From an uncultured Clostridia bacterium (lineage in GTDB: Bacteria; Bacillota; Clostridia; Christensenellales; Aristaeellaceae): 64,000 nucleotides of DNA. Within the stretch, counting starts at the first letter, position 1; each line of letters opens with the position of its first letter. Where the stretch lies: positions 9,288 to 73,287 of the forward strand of contig CALNAU010000101.1 of NCBI GenBank assembly GCA_937874275.1, given 5' to 3'. The notes under the pieces are model-generated. The model did not search any database, was not told the DNA's origin, and was given only the letters and a program-made list of their open reading frames with translations. The position numbers were made by a program, and so were the translations under genes. Shown here piece after piece: positions 1 through 9,161 of this stretch.

Positions 1-1244
1 AGGGGCACAAAGCCGTCGGGGGTGCGGATGACCAGCGCGCTGGAGGGGCCGCCGTCCAGGTTGAGGGCGGTGCGCGCGCCCAGGTCCAGCATGATTTGCG
101 ATAGCTCGGCGATGCTCAGCCCGTCGGCTGCACCGGGGCGGTAGCCCTCGGCGGAAAGAAGAAACAGCCGCCCGTCGGCCCGGATACCGGCGGCAGTACG
201 CGGGTGACGGGAGGGGTAGAAGTACTGGTAGTCGTCCACCTCGGGGTGCTCGGGCTGGATAACGCCCTCCAGCACCAGTAGCGGCCCGCCGTCCGGCCTG
301 CCGCCGCCCAGGCAATTCTCAATGTCCGCCCAGTCGGCGCTGATGGTAGAGCGGATGGTGACCTCGTCGCCCGGCTGCAATTGGCGCAGCACTTCAATGG
401 CCTCGCCTGTGGCCGACAGCACGGCTGAGCCATCTGTCAGCGCTGTGCCCTGCGAGATTTGCGCGTCCCCGGCCACCGTCACCTGTTCCGTGTCGTGGAA
501 ACCGCGCACCGTGCCCCGCAGCTCGCCATTGGGCGTCAGGTGGCCGGAGACGGCCAGCGCGGCCTCCCATCCGCCGTCCGCGGTCATGGTTGCGCGGTAC
601 CAGTCGGCAGTGTAGAGCACCAGCCGGTTGTCCTGTCGGGCGTCATAGGCGTTTTGTGGAGAGGAGCCGGTGCGGCCAATGTCGGCACGCAGGGCATTGA
701 GGGCATCAATGGGGTGTTCGGTGAGGATGGCTGCCCCATCCCGCGCGGCGGACAGGGTAAGCCGCACCTGCGGCTGACCCAGGCGCGCCTGCCCCGCCGC
801 GTTGAAGCCCAGGGACCAGCCCTCAGGAAACTCCCCCGTCTGGATGAGGCGTCCAGCCCGGATGGTCATCCCCAGCGCGCCGCCGGCCGTCGTGTCAAAG
901 AAATCGCCATTAATGGCGGCGACGGGCGTCCACTGGGGCCAATGCTGCGCCGCCAGGGCCATGGCCTCGGGCACGGTTTGCAGGCCCTTGACCTGCAGGT
1001 TGTGGCTGACGGGCAAAAATTGTAATTTGGCCCCCGGCGCAACCTCCAGCACATGCAGCCGCTGGCCCAGGGCGTTTTCACCGGTGCCGGAGCGCAGGGT
1101 ATATGTCCACAAGGTCAGACCATCGGCCAGGGGCTGGTTGCCCACATCGGCCAGCGCCCAATCGGCAAAGCGCGGCACAGCGGCCTCCGCCGCCAGCGGC
1201 GAGAGCAGCATCAGCAGGGCCAACAGGATGGATTTGTATTTCAT
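1..1244 (-). CDS. phosphodiester glycosidase family protein (DUF2233/NAGPA-like), secreted; 3' end cut by window edge
   Basis: Not in the ORF track because it runs off the window. ATG at 1244 lies 7 nt downstream of GGAGG. Signal peptide MKYKSILLALLMLLSPLAAEA. Open frame to position 1, ending in ...ARTALNLDGGPSSALV, typical of DUF2233. Confidence 0.7.
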   Translation of the reverse strand, partial: MKYKSILLALLMLLSPLAAEAAVPRFADWALADVGNQPLADGLTLWTYTLRSGTGENALGQRLHVLEVAPGAKLQFLPVSHNLQVKGLQTVPEAMALAAQHWPQWTPVAAINGDFFDTTAGGALGMTIRAGRLIQTGEFPEGWSLGFNAAGQARLGQPQVRLTLSAARDGAAILTEHPIDALNALRADIGRTGSSPQNAYDARQDNRLVLYTADWYRATMTADGGWEAALAVSGHLTPNGELRGTVRGFHDTEQVTVAGDAQISQGTALTDGSAVLSATGEAIEVLRQLQPGDEVTIRSTISADWADIENCLGGGRPDGGPLLVLEGVIQPEHPEVDDYQYFYPSRHPRTAAGIRADGRLFLLSAEGYRPGAADGLSIAELSQIMLDLGARTALNLDGGPSSALVIRTPDGFVP

Positions 1245-1361
1245 CGTGGTGCCTCCTTGGCATGTGGGGGCTTGCGGTGGTATGCTAATAACAGCATAGG
1301 CCTGCGCCGGGCGGCTGTCAACCAAGCCCGGCCACGCCCGCACCCTGAAGGAGGGCCGTAT

Positions 1362-1865
1362 ATGATGATCGCCAACGCCATCCAGCGCATGATTGCCCAT
1401 TGCGAGGGCAGCCAGCACGATATCCAGCACTTTCTGAAGGTGTACGCCTACGCGCGCACCATCGGCCTGCAGGAGGGGCTGGCGCCCGATGTGCAGCAGC
1501 GGCTGGAACTGGCCGCCATTGTGCATGACATCGCCTGCCGCATGTGCCGCGAGAAGTACTGCAGCACCAAGCCGGAGTATCAGGAGCCGGAGGGCGCCAA
1601 AATGGCGCGGCCATTCCTGGCGGCGCTGGGGCTGCCGGAGGCGGAGATTGACCGCCTGTGCTACATGGTTGGCCACCACCACAGCCGGGATTATGTGGAC
1701 GGGCCGGATTTTCAGGTGCTGATGGAGGCGGATTTCCTGGTGAATGCCGCCGACCACGGCCTGTCGCAGGACAAAATCCGCCAGATGGAAACAGACCTGT
1801 TCCGCACCCAGTCCGGCAAGGCGCTGCTGCGGGAGATGTATCTGCGGCAGGCGCCGCAGGCCTGA
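1362..1865 (+). CDS. HD-domain phosphohydrolase (small, ~167 aa)
   Basis: Track ORF 1053..1865 trimmed to ATG 1362 behind GAAGGAGGG. Shows the H...HD...H metal-ligand pattern (AAIVHDIA, VGHHHS). Confidence 0.75.
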   Translation: MMIANAIQRMIAHCEGSQHDIQHFLKVYAYARTIGLQEGLAPDVQQRLELAAIVHDIACRMCREKYCSTKPEYQEPEGAKMARPFLAALGLPEAEIDRLCYMVGHHHSRDYVDGPDFQVLMEADFLVNAADHGLSQDKIRQMETDLFRTQSGKALLREMYLRQAPQA

Positions 1866-1903
1866 GGGATTGACCGCCGCGCGCCCCATTTGAAAGGAGC
1901 AAC

Positions 1904-2551
1904 ATGTCCGAGAACGCCATTGCCGCCGCCCATGCCTTTTTGCGCGAAACGTTTCTGAATCCTGTCCATGACGGCGCCTATCAGGCGCGCTACGAGCATA
2001 CGCTGCGCGTGGCACAGGTAGGCCGGCAGATCGCCCGGGCCGAGGGGCTGGACGAGGAAGCGCTGGTTATCGCCTGCCTGCTGCACGATGTGGGCTATGT
2101 GCGCTGCCGCACGGCGGAGGATTACGACCATCACGGCGTCCATTGCGCCGACATGGCACGGGAGTTCCTCACCGGCATCGGCTATGACGCCGACCGGACA
2201 GAGGCCATCTGCTATGGCATCCTCATCCACACCGAGCGGGAGGAGGACTATCCCCGCCCGCCCACAGCGATGGAGCTGAGTGTGGGCGACGCGGACAACA
2301 TAGACCGCTTTGACGCCTTCCGATTCTATTTGACGCTGAAGAACGAGGCCTTTGACACGCAGCCGCCCGAGCAGACCATCGCGTTGTGCGCCCAGAGAGT
2401 CGCGCGCTATGAGGGCTACAAGCAGTTGGTGCTGGGCACACCCACGGCCAGGCGGCTGTGGGACGAGTGCCTGGACATGATGATTGGGTTCTATCGCCGG
2501 TTGCAGCGGCAAATGGAGGCAACGCTGGCCGAGGTGGATGCATGCCGATAA
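1904..2551 (+). CDS. HD-domain phosphohydrolase (215 aa), paralogue of the preceding gene
   Basis: AAAGGAG RBS. Motifs HTLRVAQVG ... LLHDVGY ... ILIHTE. Same motif order as ORF 1362..1865. Confidence 0.75.
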   Translation: MSENAIAAAHAFLRETFLNPVHDGAYQARYEHTLRVAQVGRQIARAEGLDEEALVIACLLHDVGYVRCRTAEDYDHHGVHCADMAREFLTGIGYDADRTEAICYGILIHTEREEDYPRPPTAMELSVGDADNIDRFDAFRFYLTLKNEAFDTQPPEQTIALCAQRVARYEGYKQLVLGTPTARRLWDECLDMMIGFYRRLQRQMEATLAEVDACR

Positions 2552-3150
2552 AACAGCCTGAGGACGCCCTCACCCTGCGCCTGGCACAGCCTGAGGATGT
2601 GCCGGGCATACTGGCCATCTACGCGCGTTACATCGATACCACCATCACCTTTGAGTATGGCCTGCCCACTCTTGAGGTATTTGCCCGGCGGATGGCGGCC
2701 ATCGCCGCCACATACCCCGTGCTGGTGGCCGAGTGGGGCGGCCGGCTGGTGGGCTATGCCTACGCGCACCCCTACCGCGAGCGCGAGGCCTATCAGTGGG
2801 GGGCAGAGCTGTCGGTCTACCTGCACCCGGATGACACCGACCGGGGGGCGGGCAGCGCGCTGTACCGGGGGCTGATGGCGCTGCTCAAAGCGCAAAACGT
2901 ATGCGTGGTCTATGGCGCGGTGACCGGCGGCAACGAAATCAGCGTGCGCTTTCATGAGAAGTTGGGCTTCCGCCTGTTCGCCACCTTCCGCGACACCGGC
3001 TACAAAAACGGCCAGTGGCTGGATGTGCTATGGTATGAGCGGCAGATTGCGGAATTCATGGCAACCCCCGCACCGCTGGTGCCCATCGACAAGCTGGACA
3101 AACCCCTCATCCGCCGCCTGCTGGACGAGGCCGCGGGACGGGGAAACTAA
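2542..3150 (+). CDS. GNAT N-acetyltransferase (phosphinothricin/MSO acetyltransferase-like)
   Basis: Track ORF 2458..3150 trimmed to ATG 2542, overlapping the upstream stop by 10 nt. GNAT core with PAT-like N-terminus (RLAQPEDVPGILAIYARYI, GAGSALYRGL, FHEKLGF). Confidence 0.7.
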   Translation: MPIKQPEDALTLRLAQPEDVPGILAIYARYIDTTITFEYGLPTLEVFARRMAAIAATYPVLVAEWGGRLVGYAYAHPYREREAYQWGAELSVYLHPDDTDRGAGSALYRGLMALLKAQNVCVVYGAVTGGNEISVRFHEKLGFRLFATFRDTGYKNGQWLDVLWYERQIAEFMATPAPLVPIDKLDKPLIRRLLDEAAGRGN

Positions 3151-3223
3151 ACCTTTGGCTGTTCATATACCTACCTGCCGGGTATGATAGGCAGGATATA
3201 AAATCAAAGAAAGTGAGCGTACC

Positions 3224-4924
3224 ATGACCAAATTTCAAGACATGACCTACGAGCGCCCGGATTTTTCAGCCCTGTTTGACGAGATGAAGGGCCTGCTCAA
3301 GCAGATGGAAGAGGCCAAGGACAAGGAAGCCCTGTTCGCTGCCATGGAGCAGCTGGACAGCAAGGCCCGGCACCTGGGCACCATGCGCACCCTGAGCCAT
3401 ATCCGCTATACCATCAACACCAAGGATGCCTTTTACGACGCGGAAAAGGATGTCTTTGACGCCGAGATGCCCCGCTTCCAGGAAATCAGCACCGAAAGCG
3501 CGCGCATCATCCTGGGCAGCCCCTTCAAGCAGGATGTGGCCGACAAGTATGGCGAGCACCTGCTGGAGAAGTACGAGGTGCAGCTGAAGGTGTTCAAGCC
3601 CGAGATTGTGGAAGACCTGGTGGAGGAAAACAAGCTGTCCAGCGAATATCAAAAGCTGATGGCCTCCGCCGAGATTGACTTTGAGGGCGAAAAGCGCAAC
3701 CTGTCGGGCATGATTCCGTTTATGGAATCCACCGACCGTGATATGCGCAAGCGCGCCAGCCGCGCCAGCTGGGATTGGATTGCCGGCCATCAGGACAAGC
3801 TGGACGACATCTACGACAAGCTGGTTAAGGTGCGCCACCGCATCGGGCAGAAGATGGGGTATGAGAACTTCATCCCCGTGGCCTACGCGCGCATGGGCCG
3901 CACCGACTGGAACCAGCAGGACGCCCAGCGCTACCGCGCCCAGATTGTGGAAAGCGTTGTGCCCCTGGTGCGCAAGTTCAAGAAGGAGCAGGCGCAGCGC
4001 ATTGGCATCGCGGACATGAAGTTCTACGACGGGGCGCTGATGTTCCTCTCCGGCAACCCCACGCCCAAGGGCGACGAAGCCTACATGGTGGAGCAGGCCA
4101 AGGTGATGTACAAGGAGCTGTCGCCCGAGACCGACGAGTTCTTCAAAGTGATGACCGGCCAGCAGCTGATGGACCTGACCACCAAGCCCGGCAAGGCCAA
4201 CGGCGGGTACATGACCTTCATTGACGACTACAAGGTGCCCTTCATCTTCAGCAACTTCAACGGCACATCGGGCGATGTGGACGTGCTGACCCACGAGGCC
4301 GGCCACGCCTTCCAGGGCTGGCTGCAGCGCGAAGTGGCCCTGCGCGACATCGCCGATTACACCAGCGAGGTGGCCGAAATCCATTCCATGTCCATGGAGT
4401 TCTTCACCCACCCCTGGATGGAGCGCTTCTTCAAGGAAGACACCGAGAAGTATTACTACGCCCATGTGGTGGACGCGTTGAGCTTCCTGCCCTACGGCGC
4501 CAGCATCGACGAGCTGCAGGAGTGGGTGTACGAGCACCCGGAGGCCACCCCCGCCCAGCGGCGCGCGCAGTACCGCGAGATTGAGAAGAAGTACCTGCCC
4601 GACCTGGACTACGATGGCCTGACCTACCTGGAGCAGGGCGGCCGCTGGCAAAAGCAGCTGCACGTCTACCTCTATCCCTTCTACTACCTGGATTACACCT
4701 TGAGCCAGATTTGCGCCCTGCAGTACTTCACCTGGGATATGAAGGACCATGACGCCGCCTGGCAGAGCTACCTCACGCTGTGCAAACTGTCCGGCCGCGT
4801 GCCCTTCAAAAAGCTGGTGCCCCAGAGCGGCATGAAGAGCCCCTTTGAGGATGGCACCATCGCCCAGATTACCCCCGCGCTGGAACAGTATCTGGATGGG
4901 CTGGATAAGAGCAAGATTAAGTAA
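3224..4924 (+). CDS. pepF: M3 family oligoendopeptidase (PepF-like)
   Basis: 566 aa. Zinc motif HEAGHAF. Length and C-terminal helical region match M3B oligoendopeptidase F. Confidence 0.8.
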   Translation: MTKFQDMTYERPDFSALFDEMKGLLKQMEEAKDKEALFAAMEQLDSKARHLGTMRTLSHIRYTINTKDAFYDAEKDVFDAEMPRFQEISTESARIILGSPFKQDVADKYGEHLLEKYEVQLKVFKPEIVEDLVEENKLSSEYQKLMASAEIDFEGEKRNLSGMIPFMESTDRDMRKRASRASWDWIAGHQDKLDDIYDKLVKVRHRIGQKMGYENFIPVAYARMGRTDWNQQDAQRYRAQIVESVVPLVRKFKKEQAQRIGIADMKFYDGALMFLSGNPTPKGDEAYMVEQAKVMYKELSPETDEFFKVMTGQQLMDLTTKPGKANGGYMTFIDDYKVPFIFSNFNGTSGDVDVLTHEAGHAFQGWLQREVALRDIADYTSEVAEIHSMSMEFFTHPWMERFFKEDTEKYYYAHVVDALSFLPYGASIDELQEWVYEHPEATPAQRRAQYREIEKKYLPDLDYDGLTYLEQGGRWQKQLHVYLYPFYYLDYTLSQICALQYFTWDMKDHDAAWQSYLTLCKLSGRVPFKKLVPQSGMKSPFEDGTIAQITPALEQYLDGLDKSKIK

Positions 4925-4943
4925 TGTAACAAGAGGGAAAACG

Positions 4944-4974
4944 AAAAGGACGGGCAGAACGCTCGTCCTTTTTC
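4944..4974. terminator. bidirectional intrinsic terminator between pepF and the nitroreductase gene
   Basis: AAAAGGACG (4944-52), 11-nt loop, CGTCCTTTT (4964-72). A-run upstream and T-run downstream, between convergent genes. Confidence 0.6.
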
Positions 4975-5136
4975 GCATATAGGATGTGTTGTTGCTCAAT
5001 ACTTCCTATGCGCTACCACCCACACGGCATCGCCTATATACCCGCAGCGGCGACATAGCGTGTCCAGCCGGGCGCGGTCAATCAAAAATTGGCTGGGATG
5101 CAGCTGCGCCGCGTCCGCCAGATAGGTGTTGCCCAA

Positions 5137-5676
5137 TCAGTCAATGACGCGCGCCACCGTGTCCAGCGGCAGGCGCTTTTTTTCGCGCGGCGGGGCGGGC
5201 TCCTTGGGGTAGCCCAGCGTTATCAGCAGGCGCAGGCGCCCTTCGACCGGGATGTCGAGCAAGGCCTTCACCTGCCCCTCGTCAAAGCAGCCCAATATGC
5301 AGGTGCCCAGCCCCAGGCCGGCGGCCGCCAGGCACAGCTGGCCCACGCTCAGGCCGATGTCCATCGCCGGCCATTGCTGCGCCACATACCGCTCGCCGTA
5401 GCGGGCCGTCATGCGGTCGGAGATATGCTCCCACACCGCGATGATGCAGGGCTCCTGCCCGACCCACTGGTTGATGCCGGGCACGCGTGTGAGGGGCGCC
5501 AGCCGTGCCAGGGTGTCCTTGTTGGTGACGGCGACAAAGCGCCAGGGTTGCCCGTTGCCGGCCGAGGGGGCCAGGCAGGCGGCGGATAAAATCTGATCCA
5601 GCTTCTCCCGCTCCACCGGTCGGTCGGCGTAGGCGCGGCAGCTCTCGCGGGTTATAAAGGCGTCAAACAGGTCCAT
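5137..5676 (-). CDS. nitroreductase family protein
   Basis: Track ORF 5137..5703 trimmed to ATG 5676 behind GAAAGGAG. Nitroreductase-fold motifs (RESCRAY, APSAGNGQPWRF). Confidence 0.75.
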   Translation of the reverse strand: MDLFDAFITRESCRAYADRPVEREKLDQILSAACLAPSAGNGQPWRFVAVTNKDTLARLAPLTRVPGINQWVGQEPCIIAVWEHISDRMTARYGERYVAQQWPAMDIGLSVGQLCLAAAGLGLGTCILGCFDEGQVKALLDIPVEGRLRLLITLGYPKEPAPPREKKRLPLDTVARVID

Positions 5677-5730
5677 GGGGGCTCCTTTCGTAGATAGCGT
5701 CACAGGCGGAGAGGATACATCTGCATCGAC

Positions 5731-6534
5731 CTACTTGCCGCCGCCCAGCTTGGCGTCCTTTTCAATCACGGCGCGCACGGCCTCATGCAGCGCGTGGTCA
5801 AACTGCCAGCGGCTCAGCGCGTGCACGCCCTCGATGGTGGTGCCGCCGGGGCTGCACACCTGGTCCATCAATTGGCGGGGATGTTCGCCCGATTCGACCA
5901 GCAGCTTGCCGCTGCCCAGCAGCATTTCGGCGGCCACCTGCTGTGCCAGGGGGCGGGCAAGGCCTGCCTTGACCCCGGCCGAGGCAAGCGCGTCCACCAT
6001 CTCAAAGGCGAAGGCGGGTGCTGCACCCGCCAGCGCGGAGAAGGCGGAGAACAGCTTTTCCGGCACCTCGTGCACGGTGCCCACGGCGGCAAATAGCTTC
6101 TTGGCCGTGTCCAGCTGCGCGGCCGTCGCCTGCGCGTTGGCGCATACCGCGCTGCACGCGGCCAGCGCCCGGGCGTTGAGGCTGGGCATCACCCGCACCA
6201 GCGGGGTGTTGGCGCCCAGCATATCCTCGTAATAGGTCAGCGGCAACCCGGCGGCGATGGTGATGACCAGCTGGCCCGACAGGACGCCCGCCATCTCCTG
6301 AAGCACCGCGGGCATGATTTGGGGCTTGACCGCCAGCACGACCACATCGGCCTGCTTGACAGCTTCCCCGACGCTGCCGGTGGGCACAATGCCCGTGGCC
6401 TTGTTCAGCTTGTCCATCTGCCTGGCGTCGGCGTCATAGCCCACCAGCGCCTCCGCCTGAAAGCCGCCGGACAGCTTCATGCCCCGCAGGATGGCACCCG
6501 CCATGTTGCCCAGGCCGATAAAGGCATACGTCAT
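5731..6534 (-). CDS. proC: pyrroline-5-carboxylate reductase
   Basis: 267 aa. N-terminal Rossmann motif IGLGNMAGAI and C-terminal SPGGTTIEG motif. Its start overlaps the proA stop by 4 nt. Confidence 0.9.
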   Translation of the reverse strand: MTYAFIGLGNMAGAILRGMKLSGGFQAEALVGYDADARQMDKLNKATGIVPTGSVGEAVKQADVVVLAVKPQIMPAVLQEMAGVLSGQLVITIAAGLPLTYYEDMLGANTPLVRVMPSLNARALAACSAVCANAQATAAQLDTAKKLFAAVGTVHEVPEKLFSAFSALAGAAPAFAFEMVDALASAGVKAGLARPLAQQVAAEMLLGSGKLLVESGEHPRQLMDQVCSPGGTTIEGVHALSRWQFDHALHEAVRAVIEKDAKLGGGK

Positions 6535-7763
6535 CGGATCTGCCCCTTTCCCTCAATCACATACTTGTAGGTGCACAGCGCCTTGATATCCACAGGCCCC
6601 CGGCAGTGCAGTTTCTGCGTGGCGATGCCGATTTCCGCGCCAAAGCCGAACTCGCCGCCGTCGGTGAAGCGGGTGGAGGCGTTGTGGTAGACGGCGGCGG
6701 CATCCACCTCGCGCAAAAAGCGGTCGGCGGCGTCCGCGTCGCCGGTTACAATGGCCTCGGAGTGCTTGGTGCCATAACGGGCGATGTGCCGGAGGGCTTC
6801 ATCCATGCTGTTGACCACGCGCACGGCCATGATGAGGTCGTTGAACTCCTGCCCCCAATCCTCCTCGGTGGCCGGGATGGCCTGGGGCAGCAGGGCGCAG
6901 GCGGCCTCGTCGCCGCGCAGCTGCACCCCCTTGTCGCTCAGCGCCCGGCCGATGGCCGGCAGCAGGCTGTCCGCCGCGTCCCGGTGAATCAGCAGGCACT
7001 CCGCCGCGTTGCAGGTGCTGGGGCGGCTCACCTTGGCGTTGACCACGATGTCCAGCGCCATCTTGGGGTCGGCCGCCTTGTCCACATACACGTGGCACAC
7101 GCCCTCGCCGGTCTCCATCACGGGCACGGTGGCGTTTTGCAGCGCGGATTGTATCAGCCCACGCCCGCCGCGGGGTATCAGCAGGTCCACATAGCCATTC
7201 AGGCGCATCAGCGCCAGCGCGCTGTCGCGGCTGGTATCCTCCACCAATTGCACGCAGTCACGGGGCAGCCCTGCCTCCTCGCAGGCGTCCTGCACCAGCA
7301 AGGTCAGCGCCGCGTTGCTGCGCAGGGCCTCCTTGCCGCCGCGCAAAATGGCGGCGTTGCCGCTTTTAAGGCACATGGCCGCCGCGTCCAGCGTCACATT
7401 GGGCCGCGCCTCATAAATCACGGCGATCACGCCAAGCGGCGCCGAGACGCGCCGGATATGCAGGCCGTTGGGGCGCGTATCCTCGTATAGCGTGCGGTGC
7501 AAGGGGTCTGGCTGGCTGCGGATGGCCAGCACCGCCTCGGCGATGTCGTCCAGGCGCTTTTCGGTCAGCAGCAGCCGGTCGCGCATGGACGGGCTGAGGT
7601 CCGCCGCGGCCAGCATATCCTCCGCGTTGGCCTGCAGCACCTGGTCCTGCCTGTCGCGCAGCGCCTGGGCAATCAGCCCCAGCGCCCGGTTGCGCAGGTT
7701 GGCCCCGGACAGCGCCAGCTGTGACGCCGCCTGCCGGGACCGGTTCCCCATCTGGCTAAGCAT
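6531..7763 (-). CDS. proA: glutamate-5-semialdehyde dehydrogenase
   Basis: Track ORF 6531..7805 trimmed to ATG 7763 behind GAAAGGAAGG. Gamma-glutamyl phosphate reductase family sequence throughout. Overlaps the proB stop by 8 nt. Confidence 0.9.
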   Translation of the reverse strand: MLSQMGNRSRQAASQLALSGANLRNRALGLIAQALRDRQDQVLQANAEDMLAAADLSPSMRDRLLLTEKRLDDIAEAVLAIRSQPDPLHRTLYEDTRPNGLHIRRVSAPLGVIAVIYEARPNVTLDAAAMCLKSGNAAILRGGKEALRSNAALTLLVQDACEEAGLPRDCVQLVEDTSRDSALALMRLNGYVDLLIPRGGRGLIQSALQNATVPVMETGEGVCHVYVDKAADPKMALDIVVNAKVSRPSTCNAAECLLIHRDAADSLLPAIGRALSDKGVQLRGDEAACALLPQAIPATEEDWGQEFNDLIMAVRVVNSMDEALRHIARYGTKHSEAIVTGDADAADRFLREVDAAAVYHNASTRFTDGGEFGFGAEIGIATQKLHCRGPVDIKALCTYKYVIEGKGQIR

Positions 7764-8547
7764 GGGATGCCTTCCTTTCAAATATGGTGCCGATGTCCGC
7801 GCCATCCAGCGCCTGGTAGATGTTTTCCGGCGGGGTGCCGTTCATCACGATGGTGGGGATGCCGTCCTGTTCCGCGATTTCGGCGGCGCGCAGCTTGGTT
7901 TCCATCCCGCCGGTGCCCAGCTCGCTGCCCGCACCCGTGCAGGCCCGGCGCAATTCGTCCGTTATTTCCTCCACCCGGGGGATGCGCCTGGCCTCGGGGT
8001 GCTTGCGCGGGTCGGCATCGTATAGGCCGTCGATGTCGCTGAGGATAATCAGCAAATCGGCGTGTATCAGCCGTGCCACAATGGCCGACAGGCTGTCGTT
8101 GTCGCCATAGACGATTTCCTCCACCGCCACGGCGTCATTCTCGTTGATGATGGGCAGCACGCCCATCTCCAGCAGCCGGTCAAAGCAGGCAATCAGGTTG
8201 CCCCGGCGCTGCGCGTCCTCCACATCCTCCTTGGTGATGAGCAATTGGCCCACCTTGTGGCTGTACTCGGCGAACATCTTGTCGTACATGTACATCAGCT
8301 CGCACTGGCCCACCGTGGCGCAGGCTTGCTTGCCCGGCGTGTCCTTGGGGCGGCCGGGCAGACCCAGCTTGCCCACCCCCACGCCAATGGCACCCGAGGT
8401 AACCAGCGCCACCTGGACGCCGCGGTTCATCACGTCACTGAGCACCCGCACCAGGTGCTCCATTTCCCGGATATTGGTGCGCCCGCTGGGGTGCGTCAGG
8501 GTGGAGGTACCCACCTTGACCACAATGCGCCTGTACTGCTTTGCCAT
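7756..8547 (-). CDS. proB: glutamate 5-kinase (short form without PUA domain)
   Basis: 263 aa amino-acid-kinase fold (RIVVKVGTSTLT, ENDAVAV). First gene of the proB-proA-proC operon. Confidence 0.9.
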   Translation of the reverse strand: MAKQYRRIVVKVGTSTLTHPSGRTNIREMEHLVRVLSDVMNRGVQVALVTSGAIGVGVGKLGLPGRPKDTPGKQACATVGQCELMYMYDKMFAEYSHKVGQLLITKEDVEDAQRRGNLIACFDRLLEMGVLPIINENDAVAVEEIVYGDNDSLSAIVARLIHADLLIILSDIDGLYDADPRKHPEARRIPRVEEITDELRRACTGAGSELGTGGMETKLRAAEIAEQDGIPTIVMNGTPPENIYQALDGADIGTIFERKASHA

Positions 8548-8621
8548 GCCGCCCTCCCAGAACTCCCCTGAACGTGTTCGGAATTGTAAAGACCATCCTA
8601 ACGTTCAGCAACAATGGCACA

Positions 8622-8650
8622 ATTATACGGATTGCTACATTAAAATGCAA
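8622..8650 (-). promoter_or_regulatory. predicted sigma-A promoter of proBAC
   Basis: On the minus strand: TTGCAT (8650-45), 17-nt spacer, TATAAT (8627-22). About 75 nt upstream of the proB ATG. Confidence 0.5.
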
Positions 8651-8675
8651 CAACGCGCAATGATGGCGAAAAGGA

Positions 8676-9020
8676 TTATATCGTAATCAGTTTTTCGTTG
8701 TTTTTGAGCACATCGGTCAGCAGCGGGCCCCAGGAAACCACCTCGATATCCAGCGCCTGCAGGCGCTCCACCACCCCCAGTTCCCTGGCGCAGGCGATGC
8801 AGGCCGTCACATGCACGCCCACATGCTGCAGCACCTTCAGCTCCTCCTGGATGGCCGCGTCCTCGGCCACCAGCTTGGCTGTGGCGCCCCACACAATCAG
8901 CACGACCTTCTCCCACCAGCCGCGCAGCAGGCTGTTTTTGGCGTACATCATCACCATCAGCCGCGCGGTCAGCGGGTCGGCGTTGGTCCACAGGATATAC
9001 AGGGTATTCTTTTCGTCCAT
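8676..9020 (-). CDS. DsrE/DsrF-like family protein (114 aa)
   Basis: Small alpha/beta protein. Pattern LYILWTNADP...VVLIVWG...ACIACA resembles DsrE-family sulfur-relay-like proteins. GGGAGG RBS. Confidence 0.55.
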   Translation of the reverse strand: MDEKNTLYILWTNADPLTARLMVMMYAKNSLLRGWWEKVVLIVWGATAKLVAEDAAIQEELKVLQHVGVHVTACIACARELGVVERLQALDIEVVSWGPLLTDVLKNNEKLITI

Positions 9021-9044
9021 GGCGTTCGCCTCCCTTTGAAACTT

Positions 9045-9072
9045 ATCATACCACGCGAGGGTGGCCGGTCAA
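9045..9072 (-). promoter_or_regulatory. predicted extended -10 promoter of the DsrE-like gene
   Basis: Minus strand: TTGACC (9072-67), 16-nt spacer, TGgTATGAT (-10 hexamer at 9050-45). Confidence 0.45.
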
Positions 9073-9093
9073 CCACCCGGCGCGGGCAATCAT

Positions 9094-9124
9094 CAAAAAA
9101 CCGGCCATCCGGCCGGTAAAAAAC
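9094..9124 (-). terminator. intrinsic terminator after the CapA-family gene
   Basis: ACCGGCC (9100-06), loop ATCC, GGCCGGT (9111-17), flanked by A/T runs. On the minus strand the stem is followed by TTTTTTGA. Confidence 0.65.
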
Positions 9125-9161
9125 ACAAGGTTTATGCAAAGCGCTCCAATTGTTCTATCCG

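Noticed and set aside
3266-4999. Very long antisense ORFs in the track. Examples: 3266..4999 (577 aa), 11141..13423 (760 aa), 34983..37394 (803 aa), 37817..39529 (570 aa), 43323..45491 (722 aa), 15939..17270, 27497..28936, 39659..41131 and 40545..41876.
   Set aside because: Each lies exactly opposite or overlapping a gene with clear family motifs (pepF, ABC importer, rny/nadD, addA, ack/pirin, dxs, ABC exporter). Their products are low-complexity strings rich in Gly, Ala, His, Gln, Arg, Leu and Val, with no motifs and no RBS. In ~65% GC DNA with strong GC3 bias, stop codons are depleted in the antisense and shifted frames, so these are shadow ORFs.
5137-5139. The in-frame TGA of the nitroreductase gene as a selenocysteine codon.
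   Set aside because: The nitroreductase domain looks complete at this stop. I find no convincing SECIS-type stem-loop starting ~11 nt downstream, and no sel genes are in the window. The open downstream frame is reported as a finding, but Sec recoding is not supported.
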